A stretch of 63,545 nt of DNA from a virus (lineage: Duplodnaviria > Caudoviricetes), in the IMG/VR virus record IMGVR_UViG_3300022536_000073, positions 1 to 63,545 of that record. One strand, written 5' to 3'. How positions within the stretch are numbered: the stretch's first letter is position 1; every line of letters begins with the position of its first letter. A model generated the notes under the pieces. It was not told the DNA's origin, searched no databases, and was given only the letters and a program-made list of their open reading frames with translations. Below, piece by piece: positions 39,800 to 49,273 of the stretch. The position numbers and the translations under genes were made by a program.

Positions 39800-40615
39800 T
39801 TAAACTCGATTACCCAGACCCATCAATCTTTTGAACGCTTCCCGCGCTTGGAGCGGTACCACTGCATTGCCCAAGGCTTTAATTCGGTCCACTCTAAACT
39901 GTATCCCATTAGCCACTCGACCCACGTCGGGTTCAATGGACCAGGGAGGTGCTCCGAAAGCGGTTTTGCGTTCTTTTTCTTGCCCCTCGAGGAGCTTTTC
40001 CAGTCCCGACTTGTTGGCATAGGCCAAAGATTCTTTCGAGCCATTGTTGAAAGGCTCGGTCTGCTTTTCCCTACTCGACCCGCTCCGCCGCCCCGATTCG
40101 TTCCCGCTTCGCTCGCTGCGGGAGTGGGCCAGTAAGAACCACCTTTTTCTAAGGTGTGGGGCTCCAAGTTCTGCGGCAGAAACACACGTCCATCGACAGT
40201 CATACCCCAAATCGGTAAATGCCCCGATGACTTCCTTAAGTCCGCGAGTTCTAATGGCTGGGACGTTTTCGAGAAACACCCAAGGCGAGTTTGTTTCTTC
40301 GACGAGTCGGATAACTTCGAAGAAAAGTCCGCTTCGCCCTCCTTCCAAGCCCTTTCCATGTCCTGCAACGCTAATGTCCTGGCACGGGAACCCTCCGTAA
40401 ACGATGTCCACTCTGGACGATGGAAGATAACTTCCTTTGAGTGTTCGCACGTCATCCCAGATTGGAGCGACGGGCAGTTTCCCTTCTGACATCCTCGACA
40501 AGAGAACGCCTTGACAGTATCGATCGACCTCACAGTAGGCGACGGGTCTGACCCATGGTGCCAAGGCCATGGTGAGTCCTCCGATGCCACTAAATAAATC
40601 CAAGCCATTTAACAC
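39800..40615 (-). CDS. C5-cytosine DNA methyltransferase (alpha polypeptide)
   Basis: DLFSGIGG (I), GGFPCQD (IV), ENV (VI), H.RKRW (VIII) and LGNAV (X); motif IX not evident. Confidence 0.92.
   Translation of the reverse strand: MLNGLDLFSGIGGLTMALAPWVRPVAYCEVDRYCQGVLLSRMSEGKLPVAPIWDDVRTLKGSYLPSSRVDIVYGGFPCQDISVAGHGKGLEGGRSGLFFEVIRLVEETNSPWVFLENVPAIRTRGLKEVIGAFTDLGYDCRWTCVSAAELGAPHLRKRWFLLAHSRSERSGNESGRRSGSSREKQTEPFNNGSKESLAYANKSGLEKLLEGQEKERKTAFGAPPWSIEPDVGRVANGIQFRVDRIKALGNAVVPLQAREAFKRLMGLGNRV
39823..40608 (-). CDS. overlapping +1-frame ORF, putative methyltransferase beta polypeptide
   Basis: 261 stop-free codons; WPTP/WPMPT repeats and motif IX-like LNPTWVEWLMGY..EWT. Confidence 0.65.
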   Translation of the reverse strand: MAWIYLVASEDSPWPWHHGSDPSPTVRSIDTVKAFSCRGCQKGNCPSLQSGMTCEHSKEVIFHRPEWTSFTEGSRARTLALQDMERAWKEGEADFSSKLSDSSKKQTRLGCFSKTSQPLELADLRKSSGHLPIWGMTVDGRVFLPQNLEPHTLEKGGSYWPTPAASEAGTNRGGGAGRVGKSRPSLSTMARKNLWPMPTSRDWKSSSRGKKKNAKPLSEHLPGPLNPTWVEWLMGYSLEWTELKPWAMQWYRSKRGKRSKD

Positions 40616-40815
40616 CCCTCCCCCTTCCTGATCTGCTCATGCTTCCTCTTGAATCTCGAATCAGAGGCTCTTTTCATAATGGACAAGATCTGAGTGAGCG
40701 CGACAAGGAATTCACCGGAGAAAGGTATCTCGTGATTGTGGCATTCTTCCTCGCCGATAGCGTAGCTGTATGAGACCTTATCCCCTTCGAGCTTTAGCGA
40801 CATTTCCAGTTTCAC
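40609..40815 (-). CDS. hypothetical protein
   Basis: Coupled ORF. Confidence 0.5.
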   Translation of the reverse strand: MKLEMSLKLEGDKVSYSYAIGEEECHNHEIPFSGEFLVALTQILSIMKRASDSRFKRKHEQIRKGEGC

Positions 40816-41264
40816 TCACAAGCCCCCTTCCTAATCCGCTCGGCTCGGGCGAGGACTTGGTGGGCCATGGTGCCATCCTCGTATTGAAATTCTGCACCTT
40901 CTGCACCACCACAGAGGATATTAAGTGGCTCTCCGCTAGGGGTTTCAGGTGCATACTCGTCGTCACCACAATACTCAAAATGCGACCCATCTGCGTAATG
41001 GCTTAACCCCTCCCTCAATACCCCATTCTCTCGCTTCAATTTTTCAACTTCCTTTGCCCACTGCTCGGATTGACGAATGAGCCTGGCTTGATTGCGCTCG
41101 TCTTCTTGCTTGAGGGATTTGATTTCTTCTTGCGCTAGCTCCCATGCTTTGTTGAAGCCTTCCTTATATATCCCCTCCCCGACGGTCCAACCACGGTACT
41201 CTGCCAACTTCTCCGCCATCTCGTCCCGCTGCTTTGCAATGTGTTCAGGTAGTTTAGGGGTCAT
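40812..41264 (-). CDS. hypothetical protein
   Basis: Coupled ORF with coiled coil. Confidence 0.55.
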   Translation of the reverse strand: MTPKLPEHIAKQRDEMAEKLAEYRGWTVGEGIYKEGFNKAWELAQEEIKSLKQEDERNQARLIRQSEQWAKEVEKLKRENGVLREGLSHYADGSHFEYCGDDEYAPETPSGEPLNILCGGAEGAEFQYEDGTMAHQVLARAERIRKGACE

Positions 41265-41458
41265 TTTGAATCTCCAGTAGTAGAAAAGGTTTTAAAAGAT
41301 CTTGGTTTACCACAGGTATTGCACATGCCCCCTGTGCCAACATCTTCTAAAGGGCATGTACATTCGGAAATTTCTTTACTCGACGGGCAATAAGGGCACT
41401 CAATAACACTAGGTGCAAATACACGACCGCACTCAGAGCATTTCCAGCCTTCACTCAT
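41261..41458 (-). CDS. zinc-ribbon protein
   Basis: GWKCSECGRVFAP...CPYC. Confidence 0.55.
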   Translation of the reverse strand: MSEGWKCSECGRVFAPSVIECPYCPSSKEISECTCPLEDVGTGGMCNTCGKPRSFKTFSTTGDSK

Positions 41459-41460
41459 TA

Positions 41461-41700
41461 CTACTTCCTTCCATTAAAAATTTTGCACGGGGCCGGGCTT
41501 GCATTCATGTCCGGGTCGCCGGTAAACGTCCAATGAAGAACCAGTCCTACTACAACCAGACCTATCGCTACATACTCCGCTATTTTGGTTTTACCCACCT
41601 TTCTCGAAAGCAAGTACCTCACTACGTCGGTGGTTATCATTATCCCAAGAACACTAAGAACAATCGTGATACCTCTTAATAAAAACTCTTCTATATTCAT
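41461..41700 (-). CDS. two-TM membrane protein
   Basis: Two hydrophobic helices. Confidence 0.55.
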   Translation of the reverse strand: MNIEEFLLRGITIVLSVLGIMITTDVVRYLLSRKVGKTKIAEYVAIGLVVVGLVLHWTFTGDPDMNASPAPCKIFNGRK

Positions 41701-42011
41701 TACTCTTCCCCCTCGTCTTCGCGTTTCTTAATACGCTCTTTTAGGTCCGCAACTCTTTCTTCTGCCTCTTCCAAACGTTCTTTAATTTCTTGATCATCAG
41801 GATACTTACGATGAAGTTTCCGGTAGTGGTACATCTCCTCCTCAGCCTCTCGGAGCAGTCTACGGAGCTCCTGAAGTGAGACTCTCTTCTCTAGTTTAGC
41901 CACAGACTTAACCGAGGCGTGTCTGGCATCTAGAAAAAAGAACCCAGCAAACAGCGTGGCACATAGCCCTAGGACCGCTGAAATCTTTTTTGCGATATCA
42001 CTTATGTTCAT
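41700..42011 (-). CDS. N-terminal TM plus coiled-coil protein
   Basis: Hydrophobic helix followed by heptads. Confidence 0.55.
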   Translation of the reverse strand: MNISDIAKKISAVLGLCATLFAGFFFLDARHASVKSVAKLEKRVSLQELRRLLREAEEEMYHYRKLHRKYPDDQEIKERLEEAEERVADLKERIKKREDEGEE

Positions 42012-42307
42012 TATTCTCGACTCCAGTCAAAAGGTCTAATAACCTTATCTATCACAACTCTTACTCTATATATACCACATGCTCCCTCATCTGTACAGCA
42101 TTTTCTTTGCTTAACTAAACTTTTAATGCTGGGATAGACTGGAGTGTCTGGCATCGCATAACCCAGCTCATGATCAAAGTCCGTAGAGCACATATACCCA
42201 TACCGAACCCCTTCCTCATCTTCGGGACGATCGTCGTCTTTTTCCAAAAAGTCTTTTATGTTATCAATAGCTTCTTGCATGAGCCTATCTTTAATGGACT
42301 TACTCAT
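42011..42307 (-). CDS. hypothetical protein
   Basis: TAATG-coupled ORF. Confidence 0.55.
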   Translation of the reverse strand: MSKSIKDRLMQEAIDNIKDFLEKDDDRPEDEEGVRYGYMCSTDFDHELGYAMPDTPVYPSIKSLVKQRKCCTDEGACGIYRVRVVIDKVIRPFDWSRE

Positions 42308-42752
42308 TCACGTAGTCCTCTCGCTTAGCCCCACATTTCAAACAATCATAGTATTCGTCCAAATGAAAACCTTTGGTTACGGTCCAAGCCTCATCGCACT
42401 CGGGACAGGCTGTCATTGGGTTGACGTATTTTACCCGCTCACCATTAACGGTTTGCCACTCTAACTGCTCAGCAGGCACCGTGTCTTTAGGTGGGATTAG
42501 GTCTTTATTATCGTACTGGATCCTCACGCGCCCATCGTCTAGCGCCCGAATGACTCTAGCTTTAAATCTTCCGTGATCGCAAACGTGCTCAACGTAGTCT
42601 CCCGTACGGAGTTTCCGATTAACTGTTTTCGTATCAGTATCGTCAAGCATGCGTTCGAACTCTTGTAGGAGATCTGAGTCCTCAGTCATAGAGGTAATCT
42701 CTCGACCCCCGATTTTCAGTTTGAAATCTTCTCCTTTTAAGACTTTACCCAT
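42300..42752 (-). CDS. SH3/Tudor-like plus zinc-ribbon hypothetical protein
   Basis: GDYVE..KARVI..VRIQYD and CPEC...CLKC. Confidence 0.5.
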   Translation of the reverse strand: MGKVLKGEDFKLKIGGREITSMTEDSDLLQEFERMLDDTDTKTVNRKLRTGDYVEHVCDHGRFKARVIRALDDGRVRIQYDNKDLIPPKDTVPAEQLEWQTVNGERVKYVNPMTACPECDEAWTVTKGFHLDEYYDCLKCGAKREDYVNE

Positions 42753-42802
42753 GTTTCGCTCGCTTTCTATAACAGAATACTCTAATTAGAGAATGATGCA
42801 AA

Positions 42803-43348
42803 CTATTTTTTGAGAGCCTCATCTAGAACCTCTCTTTTAGTCTTCCTGCGGCCCGATCCCCCGTAAATATCCACTATAACTTTATCCTCAATAGAAGACT
42901 TTTCAAAGGCTTTTAAAAAATCTAACTGCTCGCCTTCTCTTCGAAAGTAATCCAAACAATCGGGATCCTCGGACCAAGAGGAGTCGATTAGCAAAACCAT
43001 ACGCATATTAGAGGTGTCATATTGACGCTCTAAGTCGAAAATATAGTCCCCAGAATACTCGAAGTATTTGGGGGCGTATGCTACTTCTTTGAGGTGTCCG
43101 CCATCAAGCATTAATCTATAACCCCCTTCAACCATCTCAAAGACTTGTCTGTGGTGTTTAGTAGCGAACATATATTCGTTAGGTGCGACGATTTCCTTAT
43201 TTTTCGCATAATAGTTTAAGTGTTTTGGTCCCATATAGTCTATTTTTGTAAAATACCCCAACTCATCCATCAGGTTATTAGCAAGCGAAGTCTTTCCGAG
43301 ATAGCTAACACCATCTACATACCAGGTTCTGGGAGTTTTATTACTCAT
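42803..43348 (-). CDS. nucleoside monophosphate (thymidylate-like) kinase
   Basis: P-loop VDGVSYLGKTSL; LD..H..E..Y motif. Confidence 0.7.
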   Translation of the reverse strand: MSNKTPRTWYVDGVSYLGKTSLANNLMDELGYFTKIDYMGPKHLNYYAKNKEIVAPNEYMFATKHHRQVFEMVEGGYRLMLDGGHLKEVAYAPKYFEYSGDYIFDLERQYDTSNMRMVLLIDSSWSEDPDCLDYFRREGEQLDFLKAFEKSSIEDKVIVDIYGGSGRRKTKREVLDEALKK

Positions 43349-43373
43349 ATTCTCTTTTTATCAAAGTTTTCCC

Positions 43374-43402
43374 TAGACGAAATCCTTTTTTTGTTCTATT
43401 AT
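43374..43402 (+). promoter_or_regulatory. sigma70-type promoter TAGACG-17-TATTAT
   Basis: Upstream of the sigma gene with canonical spacing. Confidence 0.4.
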
Positions 43403-43430
43403 TAGGAAGTCATAGGAGACTTTTTTAAAA

Positions 43431-44816
43431 ATGAGTAAAGTGGATTCTAGTTTAAAAATTTATTTAACGAAGTTGAACAACGAGCCTCTTTTAACTAAAG
43501 CGGAAGAGGACGCCTTATTAGCCAATATCGAGAAATATCAAAACGCGATTTTATGGGAATGCGTCTCATCTACTGTATTTAGAGGGGAGTTATTTGACCT
43601 ACTCACCTCCAAAAAAGTTCAAGACATCGTCAAAATTTCACGAAAGCTGAACGATACATCCTCAAAACAAGACGTTAAGGAAGTTAAAGAGGCTTTAAAA
43701 AGTTTAATCAAAACCTTATCTACCAAATCTGTGAAAGCAGGGATCAAACGAGATCTGAAGAAGATCGGCTTATCGGGAACCTTGGTACACGCCCTGGTCC
43801 TGCGTATTAAAAAGAAGTATGTAAAAATAGATGAGCATGAGTTAGCCTTGAAACGTTTACTCACCTACTTCGAAGCTGAGAACCCTACACAGCTAGAGGA
43901 GATAATTCACAAGATTCAAAACGAGGACCTTGCTAAGAAGTTTTATGCTTTGAAATTTACGACATCCGAGCAGAGGTTGTTAAGTAGGGTGCATGACTAT
44001 AAAGAGTATCTCAAAGAAGAGAAAGCTCTAGCGTCTTTGGAGATAGACGGAGCGAATAAAGAAGACGTTAAAAAACTATACAAATCTATTGTGAGTAATG
44101 AAGAGCGGATGCAGTCTTATAAAGAGGAGCTAGTGCGTCGAAATTTGAGATTAGTAGTTTCAAGAGCCAAAAAGTTTAATAATAGAGGTCTGGAATTTGA
44201 GGACCTAATCCAGGAGGGGAATATCGGGTTAATCAAGGCCATTAATAAACACGATTCCTCACGAGGAACCAAAGTAGCGACCTACGCTACGTGGTGGATT
44301 GACCAAGCTATCCGTAGGGCAATATCTAATAAAGCTAGGACCGTCCGGATCCCTACCCACATTGAGTTCCTACAGACTCAATTAGCAGCAGCAACTACTG
44401 CATTGACTGGGGAACTGGGGAGACCCCCCAAAAAGTGGGAGCTAGCCGATCGGGTTGGGGTTTCTGTAGAGGTCTTGGAAAAACTAGATCAAGCCGCCGT
44501 TCACAAAGTTGGTATGGATGATGAAATGCCAAGCGGGTATACTATGGCAGAGCTGTTAGCTTCTGATCCAGACGACAACCCGTTCCGAATTGCTTCTAAA
44601 AAGATTTTGCGAGACCGTATTAAAACGGTTTTAGGCACTCTATCCCCCCGAACTGAGAAAATCATTCGACTTAGGTTTGGGATCGGGGAGGCTCGAGAGG
44701 GTATGACTTTACAAGAGTTGGCAAATGCTTTAGGCATCACTAAAATGGGCGTTAAGGTCGTCCAAAGTAGTGGGTTGAAGAAAATGAAAAAAAAGGGGAA
44801 CCTAAATGAATTCTGA
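43431..44816 (+). CDS. RpoD-like sigma70 factor lacking region 1.1
   Basis: Region 1.2 (YL....PLLT..EE), non-conserved region, [30 protein letters not shown] and region 4 IIRLRFG. Confidence 0.92.
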   Translation: MSKVDSSLKIYLTKLNNEPLLTKAEEDALLANIEKYQNAILWECVSSTVFRGELFDLLTSKKVQDIVKISRKLNDTSSKQDVKEVKEALKSLIKTLSTKSVKAGIKRDLKKIGLSGTLVHALVLRIKKKYVKIDEHELALKRLLTYFEAENPTQLEEIIHKIQNEDLAKKFYALKFTTSEQRLLSRVHDYKEYLKEEKALASLEIDGANKEDVKKLYKSIVSNEERMQSYKEELVRRNLRLVVSRAKKFNNRGLEFEDLIQEGNIGLIKAINKHDSSRGTKVATYATWWIDQAIRRAISNKARTVRIPTHIEFLQTQLAAATTALTGELGRPPKKWELADRVGVSVEVLEKLDQAAVHKVGMDDEMPSGYTMAELLASDPDDNPFRIASKKILRDRIKTVLGTLSPRTEKIIRLRFGIGEAREGMTLQELANALGITKMGVKVVQSSGLKKMKKKGNLNEF

Positions 44817-45393
44817 TTATGAAAAACTTCTACTATTAGACGCAGTCATCACAGGCCTCATGGTTGGGGTTGGTTTTTACGTACTACTGAACGTTATTAT
44901 TATTGCGGTAAAAATCTTTAAAAATGAAAAAATTTATAAAACCCTACCTAGATTAGTCAAATTCTCTGAAGAACGGGCCTGTAAGGGTCCTCATAGTTGG
45001 GAATACGTTACTTTGGCCATGCGAGGATTGGAGCCCGGAAAATACCAAGTATGCAATAAGTGTGGGAAGATCATGGGCTATGATGATAAGATGTTAAGCG
45101 AAGAGGGTGTTGCACAACTCAAGGAAGCCGCAGAAATCAGGGAACGCATAGAAAAAGAGCAAAAAGAATATCAAGATCGAGTTAATGCCCTTGCGGACTC
45201 TTATATCGATCGCTACATTAGTAATACATTCGACAAAAAAGAAGTTTCTTTGGATAAGCTAAAAGCCTTGGTACAGTACGCTTTTGTTGCCCAGGCTCAA
45301 GCTTCCGAGAAAGTAGAGGCCGAATATGCCGCTCAAGAGGATCTTGATCAAAGATACGAAGACTGGCAAAACAACATAAAGGGGAACGCATAA
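44806..45393 (+). CDS. membrane-anchored hypothetical protein
   Basis: N-terminal TM, C..H and CxxC motifs, coiled coil. Confidence 0.55.
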   Translation: MNSDYEKLLLLDAVITGLMVGVGFYVLLNVIIIAVKIFKNEKIYKTLPRLVKFSEERACKGPHSWEYVTLAMRGLEPGKYQVCNKCGKIMGYDDKMLSEEGVAQLKEAAEIRERIEKEQKEYQDRVNALADSYIDRYISNTFDKKEVSLDKLKALVQYAFVAQAQASEKVEAEYAAQEDLDQRYEDWQNNIKGNA

Positions 45394-45668
45394 TGCCGTA
45401 TATCAAAGAAGAAAAACGTTTGGAAATCATGTCTATCGAGGAGCCTTCTTCTTGTAGATATGTCTGCCTAGATAACGTTGAGACCGCTGGAGACTTAAAT
45501 TACCTAATCACAGAACTGGTCAAGAACTATTTCCTGACTCGGGGGGCTAACTACCAAGCTATTAACGACGTTGTGGGGGCTTTAGAGAACGCTAAGGTCG
45601 AGTTTCAGAGACGTGTAGTGGCTCCTTACGAGGACCGAAAAATTAAGGAAAATGGGGATGTCTATTAA
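45393..45668 (+). CDS. conserved phage protein (DUF6899-like)
   Basis: MPYI...GDLNY.IT...GALE.AK.EF.RR...PYED.KI.ENGDVY pattern. Confidence 0.65.
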   Translation: MPYIKEEKRLEIMSIEEPSSCRYVCLDNVETAGDLNYLITELVKNYFLTRGANYQAINDVVGALENAKVEFQRRVVAPYEDRKIKENGDVY

Positions 45669-46143
45669 GCGTCGAAAAACTAGAATGATCAATAACCAAA
45701 GACGTAAGAATTCTTGCGGACCCACAGCTTTGGCAAACGTTTTGAAGTGGCTTAAATATCCAACCTCTCACGATCATATGGTGGCTTTTTGTGAAGGAAA
45801 CCAACTATACGATCCAGAGGTTGGGATGTATTCTGCAGAATTATTCCAAATGTTAAAGATATTAACAATGGACTTCTCTTATAGGCAAAGGATTGTGACC
45901 CGGGAACTGGACCAAGCTTTGGACTCGGGTAAGGGTGTGATTTTATTATATAAAACCGAGGAAGCCACGTACCACGCTGTTTTTATTGACGCTAAGACCC
46001 CCAAAAAGTACCGGGTATGGAACTCGGGCCTAAAGGTACCGGGCACTCCTTGGTTGAAGCGTGGGGTGGTCACAAAGGCGATAAAAAGGACCCTGAAAAC
46101 GAACAAAAGGTGTGAGGCATTTATTTTTGGGCCTAATCAATAA
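45652..46143 (+). CDS. C39-like cysteine peptidase
   Basis: Q....SCGPTAL and downstream HAVFI. Confidence 0.65.
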   Translation: MGMSIKRRKTRMINNQRRKNSCGPTALANVLKWLKYPTSHDHMVAFCEGNQLYDPEVGMYSAELFQMLKILTMDFSYRQRIVTRELDQALDSGKGVILLYKTEEATYHAVFIDAKTPKKYRVWNSGLKVPGTPWLKRGVVTKAIKRTLKTNKRCEAFIFGPNQ

Positions 46144-46149
46144 AAGGGC

Positions 46150-46178
46150 TTTACAAACCGAAAAAACTATATTAGTAT
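46150..46178 (+). promoter_or_regulatory. sigma70-type promoter TTTACA-17-TAGTAT
   Basis: Canonical spacing upstream of 46212. Confidence 0.5.
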
Positions 46179-46211
46179 TTATTTAAGTCGTAGATAAAGG
46201 AGGACTTAAAA

Positions 46212-46529
46212 ATGGAAGCACATACCGTAGAAACAACAGAACAAGTAGTAGCACCGACTACCAGCGAAGTTCTAAAACAAAAAGAAGCGGTTTACCATTT
46301 TGTTAACCAAGCTTTGGAAGGCACTGATGTAACTGTTGCTCAGTTGAAAGACGTATCCGTAAAAACTGCAGCTAAAAAGGCAGTTTTGAAGCAGGTTCGC
46401 GTTAACTTGTTTCACGGATTTCGCAACGGTACCGTTAAGATTTCCAAGCAAAAATCTGACGGAGAGCTAAAGAAATACTGCTCAATCATTACTTGTAATT
46501 GGTTGAGGAAAGATAAACGTTTCTTTTAG
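46212..46529 (+). CDS. hypothetical protein
   Basis: AGGAGG RBS; C-terminal NWLRKDKR. Confidence 0.65.
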   Translation: MEAHTVETTEQVVAPTTSEVLKQKEAVYHFVNQALEGTDVTVAQLKDVSVKTAAKKAVLKQVRVNLFHGFRNGTVKISKQKSDGELKKYCSIITCNWLRKDKRFF

Positions 46530-46542
46530 CTCCCTCTTCACG

Positions 46543-46591
46543 AGTAGAGGGTCGACACACCCCCTTACCCCCCCCCCGTCGACCCTCTACT
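46543..46591. repeat. 14-bp perfect inverted repeat with a C-rich 21-nt loop
   Basis: AGTAGAGGGTCGAC ... GTCGACCCTCTACT. Confidence 0.85.
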
Positions 46592-46611
46592 AATTTACTC
46601 TACTTAACTTT

Positions 46612-46620
46612 TGATATAAT
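46612..46620 (+). promoter_or_regulatory. putative late promoter TGATATAAT
   Basis: Recurring motif; ATG lies 6 nt downstream. Confidence 0.6.
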
Positions 46621-46626
46621 TTAACC

Positions 46627-46932
46627 ATGGAAGACGCCAACGAGTTCGGAGAAAGAGTAAAGTTTAAAGTTGGGGATAAAGTAAAAGTCTGGAAAGTTTT
46701 CAAAAACCCCGTTGGTAGCGTTGAAAAAGTAACCATAGACCCCGAAAAGAAGCCCATATTCTACTCCGTAAAATATACTTACCCAGATACGGGCACCGAA
46801 TACACCGAAGAATTCGAATCGTCTGACTTAACTTTGCACGAAAAAGAGGCTATGCTATACCAAAGAAAATGTGAATGCGGGGGAGAGGCCTCTGGAGGCT
46901 GGCATTCTCATTGGTGCCCCAAAAGAGGTTAA
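46627..46932 (+). CDS. SH3-like plus Cys/His hypothetical protein
   Basis: FKVGDKVKV and CECG...HSHWCP. Confidence 0.55.
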   Translation: MEDANEFGERVKFKVGDKVKVWKVFKNPVGSVEKVTIDPEKKPIFYSVKYTYPDTGTEYTEEFESSDLTLHEKEAMLYQRKCECGGEASGGWHSHWCPKRG

Positions 46933-46934
46933 AT

Positions 46935-47702
46935 GTGTCAGATATAGATATCCAATTAATCGCAGACGAGCTACAAAAAGACCTAGAAAATGCGTTGCCC
47001 CACATCCAAGAAGAGATTGAAAACGCCGTAGAGAATCTAGCAAATGCTACTTACGCCTCGATAATTTCCCAGATTCAGGGGATGTCTCTAAATCCAGAGG
47101 ATCGCCAAGACTACCTGCGTGCTCTGAAATATGATAAACTGGGAAACGCTACGTGGATTATATACCTAGATTCCGTAGAAGCTAAAAAATTAGAGGAAGG
47201 CAGAGATCCTTACTCTATAAAAGACGATTTATTGGCGTCCGAAAAAAAAGTCCAAGTAGGGTCCCGAGCCGGACAGCCTTGGGTACGAACTTCTAAAAAG
47301 GGCAAGAAGTATGCTGCGGTACCTTTCCAACAGAGGCCAATGTCTGGGGAGAGTTTTTATGGAAATCTAGCAGATGACATCAAAAAGCTCTCTGTAATGA
47401 ACCGTAAGACCAAAAAGACTCAACCTATAACTAAACTTTTTAATGATCTAGACGGCGCCCCCATACACGGAAAAGTGGCAACGGCTAAAAAGGTTCCTGG
47501 ACACCCCAACTTAGACGGACTCACAAAGTATCAACACGTTCACGAGTCGGGGGCAGTATCTAGCCTGTATATGACCTTTCGCATCGTGCATGAAGACTCC
47601 ACGGGTTGGCAGCATCCGGGAACCAAGGGATTTCAGCTTTTCGAAAAGGCCGAAAAGGTTGTTGAAGCCGAGTTGAAGAATATCCTAGAGACTTTACTTT
47701 AA
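46935..47702 (+). CDS. putative neck/tail completion protein
   Basis: YAAVPF, YMTFRIV and GWQHPG motifs; GTG start after GAGG. Confidence 0.65.
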   Translation: MSDIDIQLIADELQKDLENALPHIQEEIENAVENLANATYASIISQIQGMSLNPEDRQDYLRALKYDKLGNATWIIYLDSVEAKKLEEGRDPYSIKDDLLASEKKVQVGSRAGQPWVRTSKKGKKYAAVPFQQRPMSGESFYGNLADDIKKLSVMNRKTKKTQPITKLFNDLDGAPIHGKVATAKKVPGHPNLDGLTKYQHVHESGAVSSLYMTFRIVHEDSTGWQHPGTKGFQLFEKAEKVVEAELKNILETLL

Positions 47703-47716
47703 TTTGGACTTATGTT

Positions 47717-47725
47717 CGGTATAAT
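47717..47725 (+). promoter_or_regulatory. putative late promoter CGGTATAAT
   Basis: Variant of the recurring motif. Confidence 0.5.
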
Positions 47726-47746
47726 AAAAGTAAGGAGAAATAAAAG

Positions 47747-47971
47747 ATGATAATCAAGGCTAACACAATAGATGGCAGAAACGCAAAAGTATTCAATGCA
47801 GACGGGACTCAGGTTAATCTGCTTATCTCAGAATACGACACCGAGACTCAGATCGCTAAATACTATCCGATGGGGGAGAATGGAAAACCTGAGGTCAGTG
47901 CCGAGGGACCCGTACTCCAAGAAGTTCACCTGCCCGGATCTTATGCGGAAATTAAAGGAAAGCGATGTTAA
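47747..47971 (+). CDS. hypothetical protein
   Basis: AAGGAG RBS. Confidence 0.6.
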   Translation: MIIKANTIDGRNAKVFNADGTQVNLLISEYDTETQIAKYYPMGENGKPEVSAEGPVLQEVHLPGSYAEIKGKRC

Positions 47972-48081
47972 CAGCTATCTATTTTTTAATTTGTGCTATG
48001 CTCGCCGTCTCTCTTACTCCCACAGAAGCTGACGTGAGGTTGGAGCGTATCAGAAAACGTCGACACGACGATTAGGGACTT

Positions 48082-48981
48082 ATGGGAATTATCTTACCTG
48101 ACTTAATCATTGAGACAACTATTCGGGATGGTTTAGCCTTTTTGGGAGACAACCCTGACCGAATTGACGAGATCTTCGAGGAGATGTTGGAGGGTTACGC
48201 TTCGCGTAAATACGGACAAGCAGAGATCGACCGCATTAAAACTTTCCTCCAAAAGAAGAATATAGCCGTGGTTCACTCATTTCACGAAGCCGCAGCAAAG
48301 TCCCCTTGTTATTCTATTCAACTCGCTAGCGAGTCCGAGGCCACAAATCGCGCCCATCTAGAGGACTTCGAGGAAGACGTTCAGGTTCAATTAACAGCCC
48401 CCGCAGATCTTGCGGCCCTGATTAGGGTAAATAACCTAGTACCCACAGCATATGACCCCCTCTCTGGGAAGGTTTCGGTACCCGACTCCGCAGACCTAAG
48501 CACTGTGGGAGTTAAGTTTATTTACGAGGACGGCTCGGGGACTGAGTTTGAGCTAAAACCGGGAATTTCGAATGTAGACGGCAATAAGTTCTTCTTCATC
48601 GATAAAAACGCTACCCCAGACATCGTGAATCCAGGCTTTATCAGAACCTTCCTAGACTATACTCAGCACCAAGTAAAGGGCGACACCTCTAGGGCCTCAA
48701 TCCTAATCGGAGCCCATTCCAAAGAAGCCCTCCTCACCAAGTATATGTATGTGGTCTTAAAGCACATCATGAAGTCTCGTAAAGAGGACCTAATTAAGAG
48801 GTGCTTTATAAACTCTACTTTTTCGGGTTCTGATTTCACTCGAGATACGAGGTACCAGGGTGATATGGTATTTACCCGATACTTCACTATTACCGGGGAT
48901 GTGGATGATACTTGGAGGACTGACGATATCGAGCTCATCGATCAGATCGAGATCCAAGCTGAACCCGCCGAGGACTGCTAG
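48082..48981 (+). CDS. putative tail terminator/completion protein
   Basis: Position just upstream of the sheath gene. Confidence 0.55.
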   Translation: MGIILPDLIIETTIRDGLAFLGDNPDRIDEIFEEMLEGYASRKYGQAEIDRIKTFLQKKNIAVVHSFHEAAAKSPCYSIQLASESEATNRAHLEDFEEDVQVQLTAPADLAALIRVNNLVPTAYDPLSGKVSVPDSADLSTVGVKFIYEDGSGTEFELKPGISNVDGNKFFFIDKNATPDIVNPGFIRTFLDYTQHQVKGDTSRASILIGAHSKEALLTKYMYVVLKHIMKSRKEDLIKRCFINSTFSGSDFTRDTRYQGDMVFTRYFTITGDVDDTWRTDDIELIDQIEIQAEPAEDC

Positions 48982-49021
48982 ACACCCCCCCCCCTGCACT
49001 AGAAGTGAAGAACTATAAATT

Positions 49022-49030
49022 CGGTATAAT
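49022..49030 (+). promoter_or_regulatory. putative late promoter CGGTATAAT
   Basis: Motif with ATG 6 nt downstream; heads the sheath operon. Confidence 0.55.
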
Positions 49031-49036
49031 TGTTTT

Positions 49037-49255
49037 ATGGAAAAGAGACGTCGCAAAAAGCGCCGTTCTGGCAACGGTAAACCTAAAAAGTTAAGTCCCG
49101 AGCCCGTTCTAATGCGTCGATTTCTAGAAAAATGCGCTAGAGAGGGTAAAATTCGACCCTGGCAAATCGCTGAACTCGAGTCATTTTTTAGAGATACTAA
49201 ATTAAAAGAAAAAGAAGATCCAAAAGTTTACGAAGAAACACTGAAAAAGTACTAA
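49037..49255 (+). CDS. small basic hypothetical protein
   Basis: ORF preceding the sheath. Confidence 0.55.
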   Translation: MEKRRRKKRRSGNGKPKKLSPEPVLMRRFLEKCAREGKIRPWQIAELESFFRDTKLKEKEDPKVYEETLKKY

Positions 49256-49273
49256 TTTAGGGAGAAAGAAGAA

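Noticed and set aside
39764-40489. + strand ORFs antisense to the C5 methyltransferase
   Set aside because: Expected in a locally GC-richer, doubly constrained region; no RBS or motifs.
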